Shown one piece after another: positions 27,598 to 36,188 of a stretch of DNA of 56,676 bases. This stretch comes from Candidatus Riflebacteria bacterium HGW-Riflebacteria-1 (GTDB taxonomy: Bacteria; Muiribacteriota; Ozemobacteria; Ozemobacterales; Ozemobacteraceae), in contig PGYB01000006.1 of NCBI GenBank assembly GCA_002839445.1, positions 128,001 through 184,676 of the forward strand. The letters run 5' to 3'. Position numbers and translations under genes: made by a program. Each line of letters begins with the position of its first letter. The stretch's first letter is position 1. The notes under the pieces are model-generated. The model had not been told where the DNA came from and did not search any database. It saw only the letters and a program-made list of their open reading frames with translations.

Positions 27598-28863
27598 ATG
27601 CAACAGAAAAAATCATTGACCTGGCGCATTCTGACCGGGTTGACGCTCGGGGCAATCACTGGTCTTGCCATGTCGTATTTTCTCATTCCAGCTGGCACTG
27701 CCAATTTATGGATCTCTGGTTTGTTCGACCTCGTCGGCGGCCTGTTTATAAATTCTATACGCATGCTGGTCGTGCCGCTGGTCTTTGTTTCACTGTTCTG
27801 CGGCGTAACCAGTCTCGGCGACATCGCTCGCGTCGGGCGCATCGGCGGTAAGACCCTGGCGTTTTACCTGATAACGACGGCGATAGCAATCAGTCTCGCG
27901 CTTGCTGTGTCGGTTCTGGTTAAGCCCGGTCAGGGGCTGAATCTGGCAGAACTGTCAAAACACGAACCGTCAATGGCAAGCCGGCAGTCGATGTTTAAAA
28001 CGCTGCAGAACATTATTCCATCTAACCCGGTTGCTGCCATGGCCGAGGGAAACATGCTGCAGATAATTTTCGTGGCACTTCTGTCAGGAGTCAGCGCGAC
28101 GCTGGTTGGCGCCCGCGCCCGCCCGGTGATCGACTTCTGCGAATCTGCCAACGCTATTGTCATGAACATGGTGATGCTGCTCATGCAACTCGCACCTTAC
28201 GGCGTATTCGCGCTGATAGCTAAAACTTTTGCTGCGGTCGGATTTGACGCGATGCTGCCATTGCTGAAATATGTGCTGACCGTTCTCGTCGTTCTGCTGC
28301 TGCACATGTGTCTTACCTACATGGGAGCACTCAAATTACTGGGTGGACTGCATCCGTTCAGATTTTTCAAGAACTTTCTGCCGGCGATGAGCGTGGGTTT
28401 TTCTACTGCCAGCAGCAATGGTACGCTGCCGATCTCGATTGAAACCGTCGAAACACGCTGTGGCGTTGCCAACAGTGTCGCAGCTTTTACCATGCCGCTT
28501 GGCGCGACAATAAACATGGACGGCACTGCAATCATGCAGGGTGTCGCAGTAGTTTTCATCGCGCAGGTCTATGGAATAGCCCTGCCACTCGATTCTTTTC
28601 TCATCGTTATACTCACTGCAACCATGGCATCGATAGGAACTGCCGGGGTTCCTGGCGTTGGACTGATCACGCTGTCGATGGTTCTCGAATCGGTCAACCT
28701 GCCGGTAGAAGGTATCGCGCTGATTATCGGCGTCGACCGCCTTCTCGACATGACGCGAACCGTCGTCAACATCACTGGTGACGCGGTTTGCACCATACTG
28801 ATCGCGAAGTCAGAAGGCAAGTTCGACGCTGCAATCTACGACGCGGCCAACGCTGAAGAGTAG
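27598..28863 (+). CDS. Dicarboxylate/amino-acid:cation symporter (DAACS; GltP/GltT/DctA family)
   Basis: Eight-plus TM helices, with family motifs such as ...LFINSIRMLVVPLVFVSL..., ...AFTMPLGATINMDGTA..., ...SIGTAGVPG... Confidence 0.85.
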   Translation: MQQKKSLTWRILTGLTLGAITGLAMSYFLIPAGTANLWISGLFDLVGGLFINSIRMLVVPLVFVSLFCGVTSLGDIARVGRIGGKTLAFYLITTAIAISLALAVSVLVKPGQGLNLAELSKHEPSMASRQSMFKTLQNIIPSNPVAAMAEGNMLQIIFVALLSGVSATLVGARARPVIDFCESANAIVMNMVMLLMQLAPYGVFALIAKTFAAVGFDAMLPLLKYVLTVLVVLLLHMCLTYMGALKLLGGLHPFRFFKNFLPAMSVGFSTASSNGTLPISIETVETRCGVANSVAAFTMPLGATINMDGTAIMQGVAVVFIAQVYGIALPLDSFLIVILTATMASIGTAGVPGVGLITLSMVLESVNLPVEGIALIIGVDRLLDMTRTVVNITGDAVCTILIAKSEGKFDAAIYDAANAEE

Positions 28864-28897
28864 TTACGCCAGCATGGCCTGGTGACGCGAAAAGCGC

Positions 28898-31800
28898 TTA
28901 CTCAGAGTCAAGAACTGAGATTCCCGGGAGGGCGAGCCTTTCGAGGAACTCAAGACTGGCACCACCACCGGTTGAGACATGGGTCATCTTGTCGGCCACC
29001 CCGGCCAGCTTAACTGCCGAAGCAGAATCGCCACCACCGATGATTACGGTTTTGCCTTTTTCGGCCATTTTAGCGAGTTCAAGCGACAATCTGATCGTGC
29101 CCTCAGAGCCTTCTTTTATCTCAAAGGCTCCGATAGGGCCGTTCCAGAGAACGGTCTTAGCGGTTTCGAGAATGCTCAGCGCGTGATTGATAGATTCTTC
29201 ACCAAGGTCGAACGATTCCCAGCCTTCTTTTATGGTTTTCACGTTGCGCTCAAGGTTGCCGACCTTCAGATTGGCAAAATCGAATTTGTCAGTTGTCACA
29301 AAGTCTCGTGGCAGAACGATCTTGTCGCCGTATTTGTCCATCAGCTTTTTGGCGGTCTCGAGCATTGACTCTTCGACCAGCGATTTCTGAACGTCAAACC
29401 CGGTCGCCTTGAGCAAGGTGTAACCGATGCCGCCGCCGACAATCAGCAGATCTATCTTCTGCAGCAATGATTCAATGATGCCGAGCTTGGTCGAAATTTT
29501 TGAACCGCCGGTAATACCGACAAATGGGCGTTTTGGCTCGCCGACCGCAGCGCCAAGATATTTGAGTTCTTTTTCTACGAGCATTCCGGCAAGTTTCATG
29601 CCGACATGCTTTGTTACTCCGGTAATCGAGGCATGACTGCGATGGCATGTGCCGAAAGCATCGTTGACGTAAATGCCGTCAGAGAGGCCTGCCAGGCCGC
29701 GAGCAAAGAACAGGTCGTTCTCTTTTTCGCCGATCGCGTAGCGCAGGTTTTCGATAATGTTGACCCGGCCTTTGACGATATCTTCTTTTTTGATGAGTAC
29801 GCCTGATGAAGCGATGCTCTTTTCGTGAAAGACGAGATCGGCAAAGTGAGCGCGCAGGTATTCGGCCACAGATTTAAGGCTGTATTCGGTGTAGATTTCT
29901 TCGCGCGACTTGCCTTTTTTCTCCTGTTTGTCGGGCTCGCCGAGATGCGAACAAAGAACAGGCGTGGCGCCCTTTTCCATAAGATATCTGATCGTCGGCA
30001 GAGCGGCGTCAATTCTGGTTGCGTCAGTGATTTTGCCCTTTGCCAGCGGGACATTAAAATCAAGTCTGACCAGAACATTTTTTCCGGCAAGAACATCTTT
30101 GCCAACGCTGGTGACGATACGCTTTTTAAAGCCAGTTTCTTTTTCGAGAACGGCAATTTTTTCGTGAATAATGCGATCGACTTCGCGTGCAGCATCAGTC
30201 GGTGAAGTGAGACCTTTTATCGAATCGAGAATATTGTGGGTTCTGATAAAGCTGTTGTAGAGCGGGACACTGCCGCGATACACGTAACCGCCGTTAGCGT
30301 CGAGCGTTATCAGTTCGCCCTCTTTCAACACCGTGTCAGTGGCACCCTTGAAAGTCACGGTTTTCTGCTTGAGATCGATCACCGCAGATGAACAGCCGAC
30401 CACGCATGGTTTGTTGAGAGTGATCGAAGTAATCGCCGCGTGCGAAGTTCGACCCGGGTAAACGGTGATGATGCCATGCGAATTGTTCATTATGTAGAAG
30501 TCGGAAGGCTTGGTATTCTGGGCGAAATAGATGATATTCTCGCGATGCGCCTTGATTTCTTCGAGCTTTTCGAGAGTCAGCACCAGGGTTCCGCAGGCAA
30601 TGCCGTGATTGATCGGCACGCCGGCAATGAGCGGCGGTTTCCATTCGCGAAAACCGTCATCAGCGCGAGGAACCGAAATAAACGCGTTGGTCGCGCACAT
30701 TCTTTCGATGCGCGCTCTGAACTCATCAAGGCTGATAATACCGTTTTTCATCATATCAACGTCGACGACGAGTTTGGCGTAGGTGCTGATGGTCGCGCGT
30801 CTGGTCTGCAGAAGATAGAGCCGGTCGTCTTCTACCGTGAACTCAATATCGAGCTCGTGCTTGAGTTCCTGTTCGAGAATTCGCTTATCCCTTAGCAGTT
30901 CAGCATTGATTTTTTCGGGTATCGTGGCGATGTTGCGGGTTACAATATTACCCATCACGACATCTTCGCCCTGAGTCATTTCGCGATATTCGCCGAACAT
31001 TTCGTCTTCGCCATTGATCGGGTTTCTCGTAAACAGGACGCCGCTCATGCATCTCGCGTTCAGGTTGCCGAACACCATCTGCTGAATGGTTACCGCAGTG
31101 CCGTAGATAACATCAATAGACAGTTCCTTGAGATAGTCTCTTACAATTTGAGACCGGCTCGACGCAAAAACCAGATCAACACTCTTTACCAGCTGTTCAA
31201 ATGGATCATCGAGAAAGCTGGCACCAAGCTCTTTTTTGACAGCCTGCTCGGCCATCTCGATTGACGCTTCGCTGCCGGGGTCTTTTTCCAGCGCGACAAG
31301 AGAATTGATCAAAAACCGGCGATAAATGCTCGACGCGAAGGCATCGCCATGTTTTGCCGCGAGAGTATCGCGAATATCTGCAGTCAGGCCAACATTCAGA
31401 ATTGTGCACATCGAACCGGGCAACGAAATAGTCGTGCCAGAGCGCACCGAAACCAGAAGAGGATTCGTCGGGCAGCCAAGTTTTTTGCCGGTTTTTGCTT
31501 CAAGCTGTTCGAGGTATTTTTTTATTACAGCTCGAAAACCGGCGCGGTCGGAATTTTCGCCGGCCATCTCACGGCAGATCGGCAAGCCAAGAATAAAAGC
31601 CGGGGGAATATTGACCCCGAGACTGCTCATATCAATTATGCCATTACCTTTGCCGCCAAGATAGGGCCGCACGCTGTCAGGCGTCTTAGTCCACGTGGTG
31701 GCGATAAAGTCATCGTAGTTAGAGTTAACCGCCGGCAGGTCGCTGACGCGATACTTGCCGTAAAGGCTGCTCTCAGCGCTTTTGGTGGCGAGCTCACGGT

Positions 31801-33118
31801 TCAAAAACATCACGATTTTTTCAATGAATTCGCTAACTGCGTGAAACTCTGTCGTTCTGATAAAATTGTTGAAAAAGCGGTCTTTGATCGGCGACAGAGC
31901 CGAAGTCGGCACTTTGTAGGCCTCAAGAACATTGTTGAGCATCTGGCTGAGCCTGAGAAAAATGTTCGTGCGCATGAACTGCTGCAGCTCAATCGCAATA
32001 TTCTCAAACAGGCGTTTGGTTTTGAGAATATCGACGGTTTCCATCGCGTAGATCTCGTTGAGTTCTTTGATGAACTTGTCGCTCTTTTCGGCGAGAATGC
32101 CTTTGATGCTGAGCAGCACGATCAACTCTTTCACCAGGATCATGCAATCCTTGATGTTGCCAAAAGTCACTGTCTCATAATGGTTGTTGGTCAGGTCGTT
32201 TGTGAAGATAAAAACCAGTCGGCCAATGTCGAGATCAAGGTTAAGAAAATCAAACATCTCGATACGCTTTTCTGAATATGACTTTTTGAGCAACATCTTA
32301 AAGCTCGCCAGCCTCTTAACGCAGTCTACGAGGTTGTCGGTATTCTTAATATGCGCTGCGTCACTTATTTTAAGAAATGTCTGCATTTCTTTTTTAAGAA
32401 AACATTTCTCAAACAGATCAAGATGGCTTTCGAGATTATTTTTGACCGCGGTTATATCACCCTTTTCGTAATCCCAGAGGTAGGAAAGCTTTTCTTCAAG
32501 CTCTTCTGCCAGTTCGATAAATTTTCTATCCTCAGATTTCGCGTCAAATCTGCTGGCCAGAGCCATGTAACCGGCTTTAGCGATCGGTTCCGAATTATTG
32601 TTTTTGATCAGCTGCAGGTAAGGCCTGATATATTTTTCTAGAATTCTGGGTGACAGCTTTCTGTGCACCTCTTTGCGCAGATCGCCGGCGAAAGAAAGCA
32701 TCGGGTCGTTGCCGTTGCGGCTTTCTTCAAAATACTCGGCGGCACTGCGAATATCGCCTATCAGGTCACCGCCGCCGCTTCTTATTGGCAGCTTCTTGAG
32801 CACTTCCCGGAAATAATAAATATATTCATTAGAGGGCTCAACCATCGTGTTGAGTGTTTGTTTTGTCTCGTCAAGAACTCTTTGATAAATGGTGTCGATG
32901 TTCTCTTTTAGATCACGGCTGTCGTGTATTTTTTCTTCTTTGTCGAGCAGTCTGATGTTAACGAGAACCGCAGTAATCATTGCCAGTTTCTTTTCCATTG
33001 CGGTTTCTTCGCGCAGAGCGACAATTTTGCCGATTATCTGATCCCAGGTGTTAAGCGGAACCATGCCCTGATCAAACGTGGAAATGCCTGAAAAATCTTC
33101 AATCATACGCCCCTCCAT
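28898..33118 (-). CDS. Multidomain fusion: N-terminal ~450-aa helical domain of unknown function, PPDK-type ATP-grasp nucleotide-binding domain, PEP-utilising phosphohistidine swivel domain, and a complete phosphoglycerate kinase
   Basis: A single uninterrupted 1406-aa ORF. PPDK_N-like segments (YLGGKGNGIIDMSSLGVNIPPAFILG, PLLVSVRSGTTISLPGSMCTILNVGL). A swivel-domain phosphohistidine motif (YPGRTSHAAITSITLNKPCVVGC). A full set of PGK motifs (VLVRLDFNVPL, CSHLGEP, WNGPIGAFE, IIGGGDSASAV, STGGGASLEFLE). No PEP/pyruvate TIM-barrel domain is present. The first ~1.4 kb of the gene (N-terminal domain) is visibly more AT-rich than the rest. Confidence 0.8.
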   Translation of the reverse strand: MEGRMIEDFSGISTFDQGMVPLNTWDQIIGKIVALREETAMEKKLAMITAVLVNIRLLDKEEKIHDSRDLKENIDTIYQRVLDETKQTLNTMVEPSNEYIYYFREVLKKLPIRSGGGDLIGDIRSAAEYFEESRNGNDPMLSFAGDLRKEVHRKLSPRILEKYIRPYLQLIKNNNSEPIAKAGYMALASRFDAKSEDRKFIELAEELEEKLSYLWDYEKGDITAVKNNLESHLDLFEKCFLKKEMQTFLKISDAAHIKNTDNLVDCVKRLASFKMLLKKSYSEKRIEMFDFLNLDLDIGRLVFIFTNDLTNNHYETVTFGNIKDCMILVKELIVLLSIKGILAEKSDKFIKELNEIYAMETVDILKTKRLFENIAIELQQFMRTNIFLRLSQMLNNVLEAYKVPTSALSPIKDRFFNNFIRTTEFHAVSEFIEKIVMFLNRELATKSAESSLYGKYRVSDLPAVNSNYDDFIATTWTKTPDSVRPYLGGKGNGIIDMSSLGVNIPPAFILGLPICREMAGENSDRAGFRAVIKKYLEQLEAKTGKKLGCPTNPLLVSVRSGTTISLPGSMCTILNVGLTADIRDTLAAKHGDAFASSIYRRFLINSLVALEKDPGSEASIEMAEQAVKKELGASFLDDPFEQLVKSVDLVFASSRSQIVRDYLKELSIDVIYGTAVTIQQMVFGNLNARCMSGVLFTRNPINGEDEMFGEYREMTQGEDVVMGNIVTRNIATIPEKINAELLRDKRILEQELKHELDIEFTVEDDRLYLLQTRRATISTYAKLVVDVDMMKNGIISLDEFRARIERMCATNAFISVPRADDGFREWKPPLIAGVPINHGIACGTLVLTLEKLEEIKAHRENIIYFAQNTKPSDFYIMNNSHGIITVYPGRTSHAAITSITLNKPCVVGCSSAVIDLKQKTVTFKGATDTVLKEGELITLDANGGYVYRGSVPLYNSFIRTHNILDSIKGLTSPTDAAREVDRIIHEKIAVLEKETGFKKRIVTSVGKDVLAGKNVLVRLDFNVPLAKGKITDATRIDAALPTIRYLMEKGATPVLCSHLGEPDKQEKKGKSREEIYTEYSLKSVAEYLRAHFADLVFHEKSIASSGVLIKKEDIVKGRVNIIENLRYAIGEKENDLFFARGLAGLSDGIYVNDAFGTCHRSHASITGVTKHVGMKLAGMLVEKELKYLGAAVGEPKRPFVGITGGSKISTKLGIIESLLQKIDLLIVGGGIGYTLLKATGFDVQKSLVEESMLETAKKLMDKYGDKIVLPRDFVTTDKFDFANLKVGNLERNVKTIKEGWESFDLGEESINHALSILETAKTVLWNGPIGAFEIKEGSEGTIRLSLELAKMAEKGKTVIIGGGDSASAVKLAGVADKMTHVSTGGGASLEFLERLALPGISVLDSE

Positions 33119-33298
33119 CTTTAATCTATACTAACTCAATAACACTTTTTTGGGGCACTGTCCAATTTTCGCAGCGTTTTCGACATGGCAAAATTGCCAG
33201 CGCAGAAAGGCGCGCGAAATTACAATCATGATTTTTCGTCATGAAGCAAATCGCTATGTGTCAGAGTGAAAGAGAATAGGTGGCGGACAAATCTCGTG

Positions 33299-35656
33299 CT
33301 ATTGAGCTGCTCCAGGAATTACCATGAAGCGGCCACGCAATGCCCGCACATCCTTTATGAGAAGCGGTCGAGGAGCATAACGAAACTCTTTGAAAGCGCG
33401 CATCTGGTCATCAGCTGACCTGCCGGTCGCCGCGTTTCCTGGCGGTGTGCAGCCAGAAATCCTGATCCCGGAAGAACTGAGCTCTATCAGCTGAATATCG
33501 CTGCCACGATTCATAAACGGTGTACAGCTTGCGACAGAGGTCATTGTCGGCGCACCAATATGATTAACTGCTGCGAACTCCATCGGCTGAGCAGCAAACT
33601 CTGGCAAATTCCTCCCATCAGTCGCGTTCTCGGCAAATACCTTCTGGTAAATCCTGGTGACATAATCATTGGCATCGCGTTCGCCGAGATAATCATGGCG
33701 ACTATGGCGCAACAATACCTTGGCCAGCAGGGCAGACTGAGTCCAGGTTGCGTCAGAGGCTGACATCCAGGCGAACTTGTCGAGCTTCTCACCCAGCAGA
33801 TCATTATAGAGGGCGTTAAAAAATGCATTAAACAGGCCGGCAGCCTTGTTATCATAAAAACCATTTTCGTCACGGTCGACGCGCAGATTATCCCAGCCGC
33901 GCAGCAGCTCAAATGCCTCCTTTTCAGAGGAAGACAGCTGATCAATACTTATGAGTGAAACCAGAAAATCCTTGAAAAAATAAGCTCTCTGATCGGTAAA
34001 CGCGAGGTCTTTATCAAGTTGCACCAGATAATCAAGCGACCATTTGTCACGATTGGCGGCAATATGATCGGCAAGAAACCTGCTGCGCTGGTCAGCAGCC
34101 CAGTTTGTCTGCAGATCGCCGTTGCGGTAACCTTTTACCGGCGGGCAGTTCCAGTTAGCGTAGAAACCGGTTGCCGGGTTACTGCCTGCAAGACGTTTAT
34201 CAGGCGAAATAAAATCTGTTGGTCGGCTGACTGGAAGTCGATCGTCACCAAAACTTCGCCGGCTTTTGCCGAGCCCGCAATGCACGAACGCGATATTGCC
34301 AGAGCAGTCAGCACCAAACCAGTTGATCGACAGGGCGTTTCGGTCTGATGCTGCAAGCCAGCTCTCCAGGTTATCGGCAAACGTCGATGCAAACCAGGCA
34401 GTGTATGATTCGACGACTTTTCCGCTCCAGGCGCGGTGCTTAACATAGTAGGTGTTGCCCTCTATCGCGACAACCGGGCCAAGGTCTGTCTCAGTCACTT
34501 CGCGCTCAACTGGCTTCGGCAAGCCCTTCACAGCAATTTTCTCTATTCTTCGGCTGATTCGGGCAGTGCAGTTTGTGCCCGTAAGCAGATCTGGAGAGTC
34601 TTCATTCAGCTTGAGATTGAGCAGATCAACCAGATTGCCCACCCCGGCTGTGGAGGTAAAGGCAATATGGCGGTTGGCAGCAAACATTATGAATACATAG
34701 CCAACCGGAGTTGTGCCGACAATATCAAACTCCGGCGTGTGCAGCCCAATACCGTAAACAGCGGAGGGCTTGAAATATCCCATCTGTGGCCCGCCAAAAA
34801 GCAGAGCCTTTTTTTCGCCGTTCTGTTGCAGGGTTAAGGCTGCTCCGTAGCTGCCTGATTTATCAGGAACACCGAGAGCCTTGAGCAGTCGGTTACGTTT
34901 CTGGTTCTGCAGAGTCGGCGAATTGGTCGGAGCGGTAAAACTGCCGGCGGGATCGGTTGTCGGAACAAACCTGAAACCGGGTTTGAAAAAGGGCATGTCG
35001 CCGAGTGTCGTGTAAATATCCGGGTCTTCATAAAAAACAACATCTTCGAATATCTCAGAAGCTGTTCTGGCGCCATACTTCCTGACCAGACTGTTGAGAA
35101 GATGCTGATTGTCGAGTTCCATGGCAAAATCGTTGTAACGTGCTGCCATGGTACCAGCAAAAATATCGAGAATCTGTAACTGCGAAAATGCTGCAGGCGC
35201 TATTCCTGCCTTGGCAAATGCCGGGTCAATAAGAAACTTTCCGGCCTGAACATCGGCTATGGCTCTGTTTATACCGTCAGTAAAAGCGTTAAGTGCGGTT
35301 GCAAAATCTTCCGGGCAGTTTTTCAGGCCTTCAGAAAGTTCTGTCGGCGATACCCGGTCGCGCCGGGCGAGAAAATCGGTCTCAATGTAGTCTGGCCCGA
35401 AAATTTCAGCTAGAGTGCCTTCGGTAGAACGCCGCAAAACCTCAAGCTGAAACATGCGATCTCTGCCGAGGCAATAACCATAGCCCATAAAGGCGCCATA
35501 GGTAGTGCTGGCTACAACATGCGGCATACCAGCTTCGTCATGCCAGATTTTGATATAACCAGACTCTGTTGACAAGTTTTCGCGGCCGGAGCAATTTGCC
35601 GACACGCTCACAAGCATCAGCGCAATCAGCAATGTATGTAGTATGTAGTTCTTCAT
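33299..35656 (-). CDS. Penicillin-acylase-family Ntn hydrolase (S45; AHL/penicillin/aculeacin acylase-like), secreted
   Basis: Signal peptide. N-terminus IWHDEAGMPHVVASTTYGAFMGYGYCLGRDRMFQLEVLRRSTEGTLAEIFG is typical of the alpha-subunit. A candidate beta-subunit N-terminal nucleophile lies in ..GVPDKSG|SYGAAL... Confidence 0.8.
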   Translation of the reverse strand: MKNYILHTLLIALMLVSVSANCSGRENLSTESGYIKIWHDEAGMPHVVASTTYGAFMGYGYCLGRDRMFQLEVLRRSTEGTLAEIFGPDYIETDFLARRDRVSPTELSEGLKNCPEDFATALNAFTDGINRAIADVQAGKFLIDPAFAKAGIAPAAFSQLQILDIFAGTMAARYNDFAMELDNQHLLNSLVRKYGARTASEIFEDVVFYEDPDIYTTLGDMPFFKPGFRFVPTTDPAGSFTAPTNSPTLQNQKRNRLLKALGVPDKSGSYGAALTLQQNGEKKALLFGGPQMGYFKPSAVYGIGLHTPEFDIVGTTPVGYVFIMFAANRHIAFTSTAGVGNLVDLLNLKLNEDSPDLLTGTNCTARISRRIEKIAVKGLPKPVEREVTETDLGPVVAIEGNTYYVKHRAWSGKVVESYTAWFASTFADNLESWLAASDRNALSINWFGADCSGNIAFVHCGLGKSRRSFGDDRLPVSRPTDFISPDKRLAGSNPATGFYANWNCPPVKGYRNGDLQTNWAADQRSRFLADHIAANRDKWSLDYLVQLDKDLAFTDQRAYFFKDFLVSLISIDQLSSSEKEAFELLRGWDNLRVDRDENGFYDNKAAGLFNAFFNALYNDLLGEKLDKFAWMSASDATWTQSALLAKVLLRHSRHDYLGERDANDYVTRIYQKVFAENATDGRNLPEFAAQPMEFAAVNHIGAPTMTSVASCTPFMNRGSDIQLIELSSSGIRISGCTPPGNAATGRSADDQMRAFKEFRYAPRPLLIKDVRALRGRFMVIPGAAQ

Positions 35657-35782
35657 CTCGACCTCCGCAGCCCATTAGAATAGCTTAATGTGTTGAATTG
35701 CTTTACAGATAGAGATTGTAAACACAAACAGCTAAAATTTCCAGTATTAATCTTGAAACGAATAAGCGAGTCGACATCGACC

Positions 35783-35868
35783 GTCATCCTGCACGCAGTC
35801 GCAGGATCCAGGATGGCAATAAAGGCCATGGATTCTGCGACTTCGCGTTGTTCGCACAGAATGACGAG
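35783..35868 (+). repeat. REP/MITE-like nested-palindrome element, copy C
   Basis: GTCATCCTGCACGCAGTCGCAGGATCCAGGATGGCAATAAAGGCCATGGATTCTGCGACTTCGCGTTGTTCGCACAGAATGAC. Lies in the 532-bp divergent intergenic region upstream of the pfa-ole operon. Confidence 0.6.
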
Positions 35869-36188
35869 AAAAAGCGAGAGTTATAGAACCCTCAAACAAG
35901 AATTCGTCATACCTTTCCCCAGTCACAATACAGCTGACACATGACACAGGTTTGCCTCGTCAACAAGAATTGCTGACAGATACCTGCATATTTATTCTTT
36001 AATCTTTGCCAACTAAATATTGCTCGAAAATTTTGCTTTTACATGTTAATATATTGCGCAAATAACTGGCACTTTAAAGAAACTGACGCCCGCAGATCCG
36101 GTTCAACAGCGTAATCCGCCGTTAAGCCCTGCTGTGGGGGCGGCAGGTGTGATGTCATTTAGATTCTGAACGATACAGGAAGGTCGGC

